DNA from: an uncultured Aquificales bacterium
GTDB lineage: Bacteria; Thermosulfidibacterota; Thermosulfidibacteria; Thermosulfidibacterales; Thermosulfidibacteraceae
Direction of reading: 5' to 3'
DNA: 27,323 nucleotides
Assembly (NCBI GenBank): GCA_964453345.1
Contig: CAYVOC010000002.1
Span: 1-27,323, forward strand
The position numbers and the translations under genes were made by a program. Positions 17,540-26,963 of this stretch are shown here, one piece after another (the stretch's first letter is position 1; each line of letters begins with the position of its first letter). Under the pieces are notes generated by a model, which had not been told where the DNA came from, did no database searches, and saw only the letters and a list, made by a program, of their open reading frames with translations.

Positions 17540-18076
17540 TTATCTTTCTATGCCGTCTCTCGCATCAACGCCCTTCTCTGCGTAATAGTGCCTCACCTCT
17601 ATCATCTCGGTGACAAGATCCGCCCTTTTGACCACCTCGGGATGGGCGTAGCGACCTGTCATCACAAGCTCCATGTCCTCAGGCTTCTTCTCCATAAGCT
17701 CAAGGACCTGCTCCAGCTTAACAAGCCCAAAATCCAGAGCCACGTTTATCTCATCAAGGATCAGAATGTCATGTTCATTCTTTTCCATAATCTTCCTGGC
17801 CAGCTCCAGCCCCTTCTGGGCAAGCTCTATGTCCTTGGGATCCGGGTTGTTCCTATCCACAAACTCCTCCCTGCCCATCTGAACGATGGTGACGTAGGGA
17901 GACAGCATCTCAGCAGTCTTCAACTCCCCGTAAAAGATGCTTCCCTTCATAAACTGAATGATAAAGACCCTCATCCCGTGCCCCACCGCCCTGAAGGCAA
18001 GTCCCAAGGCAGCGGTGGTTTTGCCCTTGCCGTCCCCGGTGTAAACCTGTATGTAGCCCTTCTTCAGCTTCTTCAT
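17540..18076 (-). CDS. cobO: Cob(I)alamin / cob(I)yrinate a,c-diamide adenosyltransferase (BtuR/CobO/CobA type)
   Basis: [30 protein letters not shown] and ADLVTEM..V.HY. Confidence 0.95.
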   Translation of the reverse strand: MKKLKKGYIQVYTGDGKGKTTAALGLAFRAVGHGMRVFIIQFMKGSIFYGELKTAEMLSPYVTIVQMGREEFVDRNNPDPKDIELAQKGLELARKIMEKNEHDILILDEINVALDFGLVKLEQVLELMEKKPEDMELVMTGRYAHPEVVKRADLVTEMIEVRHYYAEKGVDARDGIER

Positions 18077-19227
18077 GAGAGAATATTCCTCGCTATCACC
18101 AGCCTCTGGATCTCAGAGGTTCCCTCATAAAGGGTGGTGACCCTTATATCCCTGTAGTAGCGCTCAACGGGAAACTCCCTTGAGTATCCGTAGCCTCCGT
18201 GGACCTGAACGGCCCTGTATGCGGCCCTGTTGGCAGCCTCCGTTGCGAAGAGCTTCGCCATGGAGGCCTCCTTTGTGAACCTGCCGCCCTTTCCGGCAAG
18301 GAACAGATCCTTGAGCCAAGCAGCCCTCAGCACAAGGGCCTCCGCCGCCTCAAGCTCTGTGGCGGTGTCGGCTATCATCCACTGTATTGCCTGAAAGTTG
18401 GCTATGGGCTGACCGAACTGGACCCTGCCCTTGGAATACTTCACCATCTCCTCAAGGCAGGCCCTCATCACACCGCAGGCCAAAGCCCCTATGCCTATCC
18501 TTCCGCCGTCAAGATCGGCCAGCATGATCTTGAACCCATCCCCCTCGTTGCCCAGAAGGTTCTCGGCCGGGACCCTGCAGTCCTCAAAGACAAGCTCCAC
18601 GGTGTTGGAGCCGCGCTGTCCCATCTTCCTCTCTTCCTTGCCGATGGTGAGTCCCGGTGTATCCTTCTCAACAAGAAGGACGCTTATCCCCTTCTTGCCC
18701 TTGGATTTGTCTGTGACTGCGGCCACCATGATAACTCCGGCATAGGCGCCGCTGGTGATGAAGATCTTGCTTCCGTTTATCACATAGTGATCCCCATCCC
18801 TGACAGCGGTGGTCTTGATGCTCCCCGCATCTGACCCCGCCCAGGGCTCGGTGAGGGCAAAGGAAGCGGCCACGTATTCGCCTGAGGCTATCTTGGGGAG
18901 ATACTTTCTCCTCTGCTCTTCGTTGCCGAACCTCCATATACCCTCTGCAACCATGTTGGTGACCGACTGGGTAACGGCGATTGAAGCTGAAACCCTTGCA
19001 AGCTCCATTATGGCAAGGGCGAAGGCTATGGTGTCCATGCCGCTTCCGCCGTATTCGGTGGGGATGGTGATGGCGTTAAGCCCAAGTTGTGCAAGCTTTT
19101 TGTGGATCTCAACCGGGAAGAACTCCTCCTCGTCCATCTTCTCTGCAATGGGAGCTATCTCCTTTTCCGCAAACTCCCTGACCATGTTCTGAAGAAGCCT
19201 GTGCTCTTCCTTCAGTTCAAAATCCAT
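18073..19227 (-). CDS. Acyl-CoA dehydrogenase (short/branched-chain type)
   Basis: FALTEPWAGSD, NGSKIFIT, KMGQRGS, GRIGI, RVQFGQPI, QVHGGYGY and YEGTSEIQR (catalytic Glu present). Confidence 0.96.
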   Translation of the reverse strand: MDFELKEEHRLLQNMVREFAEKEIAPIAEKMDEEEFFPVEIHKKLAQLGLNAITIPTEYGGSGMDTIAFALAIMELARVSASIAVTQSVTNMVAEGIWRFGNEEQRRKYLPKIASGEYVAASFALTEPWAGSDAGSIKTTAVRDGDHYVINGSKIFITSGAYAGVIMVAAVTDKSKGKKGISVLLVEKDTPGLTIGKEERKMGQRGSNTVELVFEDCRVPAENLLGNEGDGFKIMLADLDGGRIGIGALACGVMRACLEEMVKYSKGRVQFGQPIANFQAIQWMIADTATELEAAEALVLRAAWLKDLFLAGKGGRFTKEASMAKLFATEAANRAAYRAVQVHGGYGYSREFPVERYYRDIRVTTLYEGTSEIQRLVIARNILS

Positions 19228-19263
19228 TCCCTTCCTCCCATTGAAGGCGATCTGTTTTCCCTC

Positions 19264-19292
19264 ATCTTAAACGAAGGATAAAACTTTTTCAA
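19264..19292 (-). promoter_or_regulatory. Putative sigma70 promoter of the acyl-CoA/B12 operon
   Basis: TTGAAA (19292-19287), 17 nt spacer, TAAGAT (19269-19264); GGAGG SD before ATG 19227. Confidence 0.55.
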
Positions 19293-19371
19293 TAAAACTG
19301 AATCCACTTGCTTCAACTTGTTGAATTTTTCACGTTTTTTGATAATCTACACCAAAAGGAGGGAAAGGTAA

Positions 19372-19683
19372 ATGCCTATCTACGAGTTTAGATGCGAAAG
19401 ATGCGGGCGCATCAGGGAAGTTATTGTCTTAGGGGGCACCTGTCAGCCTCCCACGTGCGAGCAGTGCGGCATAGCCATGAAGCGCATCATGTCCCCCTTC
19501 GCCTACAACCCCGACAGAACCTCGGAAAGGGAAAGCAGGGTTATGAAACTCGCCTCCGACTACCTCAAGGACGGCAAGGTAAAGGACGCTGCAAGGTTCC
19601 TCAAGAAGGCCGAAGAGCACCTGAAAACGGACACCATAAAAAGGGCATCGGAAGCCCTCAATAAGGCCGTATCAGATAAGTAA
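19372..19683 (+). CDS. FmdB-family zinc-ribbon protein
   Basis: MPIYEFRCERCG...CEQCG...MKRIMS; AGGAGG SD upstream. Confidence 0.88.
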   Translation: MPIYEFRCERCGRIREVIVLGGTCQPPTCEQCGIAMKRIMSPFAYNPDRTSERESRVMKLASDYLKDGKVKDAARFLKKAEEHLKTDTIKRASEALNKAVSDK

Positions 19684-19708
19684 GGGGACCCCGGGATACC
19701 GGGGCCTT
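19684..19708. terminator. GC-rich hairpin between convergent genes, possible terminator
   Basis: GGGGACCCCGG-GATA-CCGGGGCCTT: 6-bp core stem extended past one bulge. No clear U-tract on either strand. Confidence 0.4.
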
Positions 19709-19710
19709 CA

Positions 19711-20283
19711 CTATCCCATGAGGAAGAAGATCCCTGCCGCAACCATCCCGGAGCCTACGGCCCTTATGGCCCAAAGCCCAATTTTGCTGTTCTGGAATCT
19801 CTTAACAAAGGCAACCCCGGAAAAGTGCAGAAAGGCCGTAGAGATAATCATGCCCATCATAAAGGCCACAGGCCTTGCGCCTGCCTCAAGTCCGTGGGCA
19901 AGACCGTGGAACAGCCCAAAGCCCGCTACAAGAATCATCCCCGCCACAAGGGGCAGACTCACCCTCAGGGCAACGAGGGCGCCAAGAACAGCCACGGAAA
20001 GGGCAATCACGGTCTCAACCGGGCCAAAGCTCACCTTCATAAGCCCCAGAATCCCACCAGCGGTCAAGGCGGACACGAAGGCGGCTGGAAGAAACCAGAC
20101 GGCCCTCCCCTCTTTAACCCTTGCGGCAAGCATACCCACGGCAACCATGGCAAGCAGATGATCAAGTCCGGTAAAGGGATGAAGCAATCCGCCGGTAAAC
20201 CCGTTGTTATGTCCGGGATGGGCAAAGGCCAACTGAGGGATAAGAACCAATCCTAAAGGCAAAAGCCTTCTTAAAACCCTCAT
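19711..20283 (-). CDS. hupE: HupE/UreJ family Ni/Co transporter
   Basis: Signal peptide ending AFA|HPGH, HPFTGLDHLLAMVAVG, FHGLAHG and multiple TM helices; GGAGG SD. Confidence 0.93.
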   Translation of the reverse strand: MRVLRRLLPLGLVLIPQLAFAHPGHNNGFTGGLLHPFTGLDHLLAMVAVGMLAARVKEGRAVWFLPAAFVSALTAGGILGLMKVSFGPVETVIALSVAVLGALVALRVSLPLVAGMILVAGFGLFHGLAHGLEAGARPVAFMMGMIISTAFLHFSGVAFVKRFQNSKIGLWAIRAVGSGMVAAGIFFLMG

Positions 20284-20371
20284 GGAAACACCTCCATCCC
20301 ACCGAATTTAAATGTCAAATACCACTTCTCCCCCTTTAAAGCAAATCCCGTCTCTGATATAGAGCTTTACC

Positions 20372-21109
20372 ATGGATGAGGGAAGGATACACATAATAGA
20401 GGAACTGAAGGCCCAGCAGGGTGATGTCTGGCGCATCCTAAGGATCATGTCCGAGTTCATCCAGGGGTTTGACACCCTCAACAGAATAGCCCCCGCCGTC
20501 ACCTTCTTCGGAAGCTCAAGGGCAAATCCGGAAAGCAAATACTACAAGTTGGCGGAGGAAACCGCCTACAAGCTCGGATGCCACGGGTTCACCATCATAA
20601 CCGGCGGCGGCCCCGGCATCATGGAAGCGGCGAACAAAGGGGCCTTCAAAGCTGGCGTTGATTCGGTGGGACTGGTGATAGAGATACCCCAGGAGGAGAA
20701 GCCCAACCCCTACCAGACCATAACCTTAAGATTCAAATACTTCTTCGTCCGCAAGGTGATGCTTTTGCGATACGCCCTCTCCTATGTGATATTCCCCGGA
20801 GGATTCGGAACCTTTGACGAACTATTTGAAGCAGCAACCCTCATACAGACCAAAAAGAGCTATCCCTTTCCCATAATTCTCTTCGGCTCCGAATACTGGA
20901 ACCCCCTTCTGAAGTTCATGAAGGACAACATGCTAACGGAAGGTGTAATAAGCCACAGCGATCTTGAGATCTTCAAACTAACAGACGATCCAGATCACGT
21001 GGTTGAAATAGTAAAATCGGAAGCGAAAAAGAAGCTGAAGTTCCTTGAGAAGTGCGATATACAGACGGACATAAAGGCAGCCTTAGAAGAACATGCGAAA
21101 AGGTATTAG
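20372..21109 (+). CDS. LOG family phosphoribohydrolase (TIGR00730-type)
   Basis: VTFFGSSR, TGGGPGIMEAANKGA, YFFVRKVM and PGGFGTFDE. Confidence 0.93.
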   Translation: MDEGRIHIIEELKAQQGDVWRILRIMSEFIQGFDTLNRIAPAVTFFGSSRANPESKYYKLAEETAYKLGCHGFTIITGGGPGIMEAANKGAFKAGVDSVGLVIEIPQEEKPNPYQTITLRFKYFFVRKVMLLRYALSYVIFPGGFGTFDELFEAATLIQTKKSYPFPIILFGSEYWNPLLKFMKDNMLTEGVISHSDLEIFKLTDDPDHVVEIVKSEAKKKLKFLEKCDIQTDIKAALEEHAKRY

Positions 21110-21560
21110 TCTTTTCATAGTGCTACTGATAGCGGGATGTTCGGCCCCCAACTCGATAAGGTATAGCGCAAGGCCAACTCTTATGCATACCTACTCCGTA
21201 TGCATACTCCCCGAAGATGACGGCTCAAAAAGATTCGTGGAGCTTCTGAAGGAAGAATTGATATGGGAGCAGTATCTCTACATAGCCGCAAGCTGTTCTG
21301 ATGCGGACACAATCATGAAGGTTAAGGTAAAACGCAAAGGCAAAGGAAAACTGATCATCAACATCAGCTACTCCGAAAAGGCCACAGGGAACAAATGGGT
21401 CCAGAACATAGAAGCGAGAATAAACCAAGGCGATCCCATCAGCACGGGGGCAAAACTGCTGGCCCATCACCTTCACGAAATGCTTGTTCTGCCTCCGGAG
21501 GTTGAGGCCGCCACCCCCTACGGGGATGCGGGAGACCCCGGGGGAGAGGCAGCCAAATAG
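21093..21560 (+). CDS. Hypothetical lipoprotein
   Basis: Signal peptide MRKGISLFIVLLIAG|C; overlaps the LOG gene by 17 nt; no recognisable family. Confidence 0.7.
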   Translation: MRKGISLFIVLLIAGCSAPNSIRYSARPTLMHTYSVCILPEDDGSKRFVELLKEELIWEQYLYIAASCSDADTIMKVKVKRKGKGKLIINISYSEKATGNKWVQNIEARINQGDPISTGAKLLAHHLHEMLVLPPEVEAATPYGDAGDPGGEAAK

Positions 21561-21562
21561 GT

Positions 21563-23365
21563 TCAAAGCAGATCATCCTCCGATATGTTCTTCAAAATGC
21601 TCATATCTATGGGATTGCGCAACTTCTTTAAAGCCTTGGCCTCTATCTGCCTTATACGCTCCCTTGTAACCCTGAAGACCTTCCCAACCTCCTCAAGGGT
21701 GTGCTCCGCATCCATGTCGATGCCAAAGCGCATCTTCAGAACCTTCTGCTCCCTCTCCGACAGGGTGGCAAGGGCCTCATACACCTTCTCCTTCAGCGCC
21801 TCAAGAACCGCCACCTCCTCGGGCCTCTCAATGGTTCTATCCTCAACGAAATCCCCCAGAGAGCTGTCCTCATCGTCTCCTATGGGGGTTTCAAGGGAAA
21901 TGGGTTCCTTGGCTATCTTGAAAATCTTTTTGACCTTCTCAACGGGCATATCCGCCTTTCTGGCTATCTCCTCCGGAGTGGGCTCCCTCCCAAGCTCCTG
22001 GTAAAGCTGCCTGGCGGTCTTCACCAGCTTGTTGATGGTCTCTATCATGTGGACGGGGATCCTTATGGTTCTCGCCTGATCCGCTATGGCCCTCGTTATC
22101 GCCTGCCTTATCCACCAGGTGGCGTAGGTGGAGAACTTATACCCCCTCTGATACTCAAACTTCTCAACCGCCTTCATAAGCCCGATGTTGCCCTCCTGGA
22201 TCAGATCCAGAAGCTGCAACCCCCTGTTCGTGTATTTCTTGGCGATACTCACCACAAGCCTCAAATTTGCCTCAGCAAGCTGCCTCTTCGCCTCCTTCTC
22301 CTGGATAAGGCCCTCCTCTATCTCCTTAAGGGCACTTTTCAGCTCCTCTATATGAACCGTCGCCTTGGACTCTATCTCCTCAAGCCTACTCTTAGATCTA
22401 ACAATTCTCTCTCTGAGCTCCTGCAAAACCTCATAATCCATCCCCGTGACCTTTTTGCACCTCTCATCCTTCTCCTCGTCAGACTCCAGAGGATCAACCG
22501 CCGTCTCCATGAACTCAAGGAAGGTCTCATGGGGCATGAGCAGTATCTCCTCACACCTCTTCAGCTCCTCCTGGGCTTCGGAAGCGATCTTCACATACTC
22601 CTTTATCTTGTCCACCAGCCTCTCTATCTGGGAAGAGGCCAGGCTCATACTCTTGACGACCTCCACCATCTGGGCCTTCTGGGCCTCTATTTCCCTTTTG
22701 AGACCTTCCTCCTCCTCGGGAGAGAGGTTGCCCTCAGAAAGCCTCAGCCTTTTCTCCTCGAACTGGATGAAGATCTCCTTAAGCTTGTTAACCTTCTTCA
22801 AGAAGGCCTGCCTCTCCCTTTCCACCACCTCGGGGGAATTGTCCTCGATTATCAGAACATCCTCTATGTCTATCTCCTCCCTTTCCAGAAGCTCCGCCAG
22901 ATTGAACAGCTCCCTGACAGTGAGGGGAATGGATATAACGGTGTTTATGGCCTTCAGCCTTCCCGCCTCAATCTTTTTGGCCAGCTCAACCTCTTCCTCC
23001 CTGGAGAGGAGGGGGATATTGCCCATCTCCTGAAGATACATCCTTACAGGATCGGCCCCTCCGAGATCCCTGTCGTAGGATGTCTCATCCAGCTCCTCAA
23101 AGGTGAAGGACGCCGCATCAACCACCTCATCCTCATCCTCGGCAAAGGAAGCCGCAAGGATGGCGGCGGCAGCCTCGGACGGATCCTCCACCACCTGAAT
23201 GTTCATCTCCTCCAGGATCTTTAAAATCTCCTCCCTCTGCTTCTTGTCCTCCATCTCCTTGGGCATAACGGCCCGCAGATCATCATAGGTGAGATACCCC
23301 CGCTTCTTCCCGGTGCTTATAAGCTTTCTCAAGTTCATAAGTTTGGTGGTTTCTGCAAAATTCAT
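21563..23365 (-). CDS. rpoD: RNA polymerase primary sigma factor RpoD (sigma70)
   Basis: Region 1.1 (GKKRGYLTY), 1.2 (DPVRMYL), 2 ([43 protein letters not shown]) and 4.2 ([16 protein letters not shown]); downstream of dnaG. Confidence 0.98.
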   Translation of the reverse strand: MNFAETTKLMNLRKLISTGKKRGYLTYDDLRAVMPKEMEDKKQREEILKILEEMNIQVVEDPSEAAAAILAASFAEDEDEVVDAASFTFEELDETSYDRDLGGADPVRMYLQEMGNIPLLSREEEVELAKKIEAGRLKAINTVISIPLTVRELFNLAELLEREEIDIEDVLIIEDNSPEVVERERQAFLKKVNKLKEIFIQFEEKRLRLSEGNLSPEEEEGLKREIEAQKAQMVEVVKSMSLASSQIERLVDKIKEYVKIASEAQEELKRCEEILLMPHETFLEFMETAVDPLESDEEKDERCKKVTGMDYEVLQELRERIVRSKSRLEEIESKATVHIEELKSALKEIEEGLIQEKEAKRQLAEANLRLVVSIAKKYTNRGLQLLDLIQEGNIGLMKAVEKFEYQRGYKFSTYATWWIRQAITRAIADQARTIRIPVHMIETINKLVKTARQLYQELGREPTPEEIARKADMPVEKVKKIFKIAKEPISLETPIGDDEDSSLGDFVEDRTIERPEEVAVLEALKEKVYEALATLSEREQKVLKMRFGIDMDAEHTLEEVGKVFRVTRERIRQIEAKALKKLRNPIDMSILKNISEDDLL

Positions 23366-25071
23366 GGGATTCCCCCTCCCATAGCCTTGGATTCTTTTAT
23401 CTTTTCCATATAAAGCCTCATCAATCTTCTTCTCTCCGACGCCGCAGCCGTTGCAGCCATCCTCTTGAGCTGCTCCGCTTCATACCTCAGGGCGCGGGAC
23501 TCCAGCTTTCTCCAGCAATCCTCATCGGGAGGATCATAAGAGGCATCGTCCTGATTGAACAGGGCCATTCCCAGAATCTTCGCCGCCTCACCCTCCAGCT
23601 CACCCATCAGCTCCTCCGGGGTCTTCCCCGAAGCAATCCCCTTAGCTATTTTTGCAACGGCCCTGTCCATGAAAAGCTCAGGGGCCAATCGGTCCTTCCA
23701 GCGCTCATACAGAACAGGATCCCTGATGATGGCTATCATAACCCGCCTTTCCCAGCCAACAGAAGAGGCGTCCCTGCTCTCCTTCCGGTCCCTTTTAAGA
23801 GCTGGCTTCTTTCTCTTTCTCAAAAGGTAGGAAGCCTTGAGATCCTCAAGGGGCAACTTGAAAATTTCTGAAACATAAGAGAGGACAGAATCCACAAGAA
23901 CGGGATCCACCACCTCATCAATAAGCTCCATGGCCCTTTCAACCGCAATCCCCTTTGAAAGGGACCCCTTAGAAACCTCCTCGGCGATGAGGTCAATCGG
24001 GCCCTTTGCCTGTTCAATCAGATCGCCAAGGGCATCCGCCCCCTTGGCTCTAACAAAATCGTCCGGATCACTTCCCTCAGGCAACAGCACAACCTTCGGC
24101 TCGATGCCCACAGCGTAAAAGGCCTTCGCAGCCCTGAGAGTGGCCTTCCTGCCTGCACTGTCTCCGTCGTATAGAATATAGACGTTGCGGGTAAGCCTCG
24201 ATATCCTTACGGCCTGATCCTTAGTAAAGGCTGTTCCCAAAGAGGCCACGGTTTCGGCAAAGCCAAAGGCGTGCATAGAAATAACATCCATATACCCTTC
24301 AACAAGAATAACCCTGTTTCTGCTTCTTATCCTCTCCCTTGCCTGGTAAAAACCGAACAGAATCTTGCCCTTCTGAAAAATGGGGGACTCCGGAGAGTTC
24401 AGATACTTGGGTTCCCCCTCGCCTATCACCCTGCCTCCAAAGGCCACCACATCACCCGAAAAGTCGCATATGGGGATCATAAGTCTTCCCGCAAACCTGC
24501 ACACAAGCCCGGATCCCTTGGGGTAAAAGATGCCGCTTGCCGTAAGCTCCTCCCTCGTGAACCCCCTCTTCATCAAAGAAGCAGCGAAATCCATGCCTTC
24601 AGGGGCAAAGCCGATCCTGAACACCTCCCACCAGAGGGGAGAAACGCCCCTCTTCTTCAAATACTCCCTTGCACCCTTCCCCAGATCCGTCTTCAAAAAG
24701 GAACAGAAGGCCTCAGCCAGAATCCCGTGAAGCTTCTTTAGCCTGCTCTTCTTTTCTCTATCGGGTCCCAGATCAAGCTTGAGATCCTCAAGGGACATGC
24801 CCGCCATGTCGGCGGCCCTTTCAAGGGCCTCCAGAAAATCCAGACCCTCTATGAGCTGTATGAACTTTATAACATCGCCTCCCACCCCACACCCGAAGCA
24901 GTAAAACATCTGCCTCTCCGGGCTAACGGTGAAGGAGGGGGTCTTCTCTATGTGGAAGGGACACAGACCCTGGTAATTCCTGCCCACCCTCTTTAGGGGG
25001 ACATAGAGAGAAACCACATCCACAATATCGAGGCGGGACTTCACCTCATCGATGAAGGCATCTATTCCCAT
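23362..25071 (-). CDS. dnaG: DNA primase
   Basis: CHC2 zinc finger CPFH..CFGC, KYLNSPE, and TOPRIM motifs EGYMD, DGD.AG and DPDD. Confidence 0.98.
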   Translation of the reverse strand: MGIDAFIDEVKSRLDIVDVVSLYVPLKRVGRNYQGLCPFHIEKTPSFTVSPERQMFYCFGCGVGGDVIKFIQLIEGLDFLEALERAADMAGMSLEDLKLDLGPDREKKSRLKKLHGILAEAFCSFLKTDLGKGAREYLKKRGVSPLWWEVFRIGFAPEGMDFAASLMKRGFTREELTASGIFYPKGSGLVCRFAGRLMIPICDFSGDVVAFGGRVIGEGEPKYLNSPESPIFQKGKILFGFYQARERIRSRNRVILVEGYMDVISMHAFGFAETVASLGTAFTKDQAVRISRLTRNVYILYDGDSAGRKATLRAAKAFYAVGIEPKVVLLPEGSDPDDFVRAKGADALGDLIEQAKGPIDLIAEEVSKGSLSKGIAVERAMELIDEVVDPVLVDSVLSYVSEIFKLPLEDLKASYLLRKRKKPALKRDRKESRDASSVGWERRVMIAIIRDPVLYERWKDRLAPELFMDRAVAKIAKGIASGKTPEELMGELEGEAAKILGMALFNQDDASYDPPDEDCWRKLESRALRYEAEQLKRMAATAAASERRRLMRLYMEKIKESKAMGGGIP

Positions 25072-25112
25072 GGGTCTAAATAAAAAATAGGAAAAAGAGA
25101 GAAGTTCGCAAG

Positions 25113-25143
25113 AAAAAATAAAGGGGTCCCTGCAGGGACCCCT
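25113..25143 (-). terminator. Rho-independent terminator of the cytochrome c3 gene
   Basis: Perfect stem AGGGGTCCC-TGCA-GGGACCCCT (25122-25143) followed on the minus strand by a T-rich tract (TTATTTTTT). Confidence 0.85.
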
Positions 25144-25166
25144 AAATCAACGTCGAAAAGCCCCTT

Positions 25167-25499
25167 TTACTTGTGGCAGCCCTTACAGCTTCTGGGCCCT
25201 GCGTGCTTGGCCTTGTGGCAGCCCTTACACTGCTTGTGGAAGGCCTTCATGGCCTTGGGAGCCTTCCCCTTCTTGCAACCGTGGCAGGTGAAGCAGTTGC
25301 GAGGCTCACCCTGTCCACTCCACTTGTGGTGGCAGGTCTTACACTCAAACTTCTTGGAGTGGGCCTCATGATTGAAGGTAACTGCAGCCTTCCTCTTCTG
25401 GCACTTATCAATCTTCACCACAGTAGGAGCCTTGGCAAAGGAAACGGCAGACACAGCCATAAAGGCACATGCGGCAACGATGGCTAAAAGCTTCCTCAT
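25167..25499 (-). CDS. Tetrahaem class III cytochrome c (cytochrome c3), periplasmic
   Basis: Sec signal (SFA|), VTFNHEAH, four CxxCH motifs (CKTCHH, CFTCH, CKGCH twice), AFH distal ligand, Lys-rich; AGGAGG SD. Confidence 0.93.
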   Translation of the reverse strand: MRKLLAIVAACAFMAVSAVSFAKAPTVVKIDKCQKRKAAVTFNHEAHSKKFECKTCHHKWSGQGEPRNCFTCHGCKKGKAPKAMKAFHKQCKGCHKAKHAGPRSCKGCHK

Positions 25500-25534
25500 G
25501 CCTCACACCTCCTTTGTTATTGTTTGCACTTTTG

Positions 25535-25563
25535 CTAATACGCCCTCTTGCAAAATTAGTCAA
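25535..25563 (-). promoter_or_regulatory. Putative sigma70 promoter of cytochrome c3
   Basis: TTGACT (25563-25558), 17 nt spacer, TATTAG (25540-25535). Confidence 0.5.
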
Positions 25564-25583
25564 CATGCAACAAATAAAAGCCC

Positions 25584-26963
25584 ATGCCGTGGCTGAGCTT
25601 TAAAGAGGCGATGGAACTCAACAGGCCCTTTTTGGTTTTCGTTCACAGTCCCACCTTACCCCTCTCCTGCAGGATAAAAGAGAAACTGGAAGAGCTGAAC
25701 ATCGATGCAGCAATAGTGGACTGGCACAGGGAACCGGAAATAGCAAGAAGGCTCACGGAATACCCCCCCAGGGTGCTCGCATTCTTCCCGGGATGGAAGA
25801 TAGCCCCCATGGACGGAGTATCCCCTGATAAGCTGAAAAAAATCGACCCCACAGATCTCTCCCCCCAGCCGGTGAAGGAGGAGCTTCCCCTCTCCTGGCG
25901 CACCTTAAGGGAGGAGATACTCGGAGAACTCTCAAAAAATCTGCTTTTCCTTTACGACCCCTACAGGGCGGGGTTCGGCTACTCACCCAAGTTCACCGAA
26001 AGCGACGCAATAAATGCAGCCACAGCCCTGTGGTGCATGGACAGAGACATAAGATACAGAATGATAGCCGAGGACACCCTCAATGTAATCCTGAACTCCC
26101 CCATGACAGAAGGCGGGCTTGTATCAACCTTCTCCTACTCCCCGGACTGGCGGGAACCATCCAAGGAATACACAGCCGAACACCAGGCGAAGATAGCCGC
26201 CTCCATGATATACGCTGCCAAAAGCGTCCCCAATCCCTATCTTACAAAAAGAGCCGCAGAGGCCATAGAGGCCGCAGAAAAGCTGAGAATCCTCTCTGCA
26301 AGAGAGGCCTTTGTCCTTGCTTGGTCCTACGCAATAACCTACCAGGCACTCCATAAAAAACGGCTTCTGGAGGCCGCCCAAAGACTCTTGAGAAGCGCAG
26401 AACCCCGGAAGACCTACATAGAGGATGCGTGCGAAAAAGGACACGCCCTCTTAGAGCTATACATGGCCACGGGAAGCAGAGAATACCTAAAAGAGGCAAC
26501 AGAGTGCGCACAAGAACTGAAAAGATTCCTGCACCAGGAAGCCTTTGTGGACACAACCTTGGATCTCCCTCCCAGATACCCTGTAAGGGTCAATGCGCGG
26601 GCGTGCGAGCTTCTTTTAAAGATACACGCCATAACCGGGGAAGAACAGATGAGGGATCTCGCCACAAAGGTTCTGTGCAGAATAGCCAAAAAGGGGGTGG
26701 ACAGGGGCATAGAGGGTTTGAGCCTTGTAGTGCCCATGATAATCGCCCTTTACGGCTGCATGAAAATAGAGCTTAAAGGGCAAGACCCTGAACTGCACCT
26801 TGCAGCCATGACCCTTATAAACCCCATAAGGGTGATAGTTCACAGAGATGCCCCACATGCCTCAGCCTCCCTCTGCTTCGGAGAGATCTGCTTTCCTGAA
26901 ACGAGGGATCCCAACCAGCTGAGGGACTACATTGTCAGTCTCCTCATACGGGGAGGCAGATGA
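25584..26963 (+). CDS. Degenerate YyaL/SPATA20 (DUF255)-like protein: thioredoxin-like N-terminus plus helical barrel
   Basis: Recognisable remnants: NRPFLVFV, VDWHREPEI, YDPYRAGFGYSPKF, DWREP and C-terminal LCFGEICFP.T.DP. Confidence 0.65.
   Translation: MPWLSFKEAMELNRPFLVFVHSPTLPLSCRIKEKLEELNIDAAIVDWHREPEIARRLTEYPPRVLAFFPGWKIAPMDGVSPDKLKKIDPTDLSPQPVKEELPLSWRTLREEILGELSKNLLFLYDPYRAGFGYSPKFTESDAINAATALWCMDRDIRYRMIAEDTLNVILNSPMTEGGLVSTFSYSPDWREPSKEYTAEHQAKIAASMIYAAKSVPNPYLTKRAAEAIEAAEKLRILSAREAFVLAWSYAITYQALHKKRLLEAAQRLLRSAEPRKTYIEDACEKGHALLELYMATGSREYLKEATECAQELKRFLHQEAFVDTTLDLPPRYPVRVNARACELLLKIHAITGEEQMRDLATKVLCRIAKKGVDRGIEGLSLVVPMIIALYGCMKIELKGQDPELHLAAMTLINPIRVIVHRDAPHASASLCFGEICFPETRDPNQLRDYIVSLLIRGGR

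Noticed and set aside
19228-19371. Cobalamin riboswitch ahead of the B12 cassette
   Set aside because: The predicted leader is only about 30 nt, and the region is AT-rich with no recognisable B12 box.
21701-23224. 507-aa plus-strand ORF
   Set aside because: It is antisense to rpoD, and its Leu-rich composition mirrors Glu/Lys codons on the coding strand.
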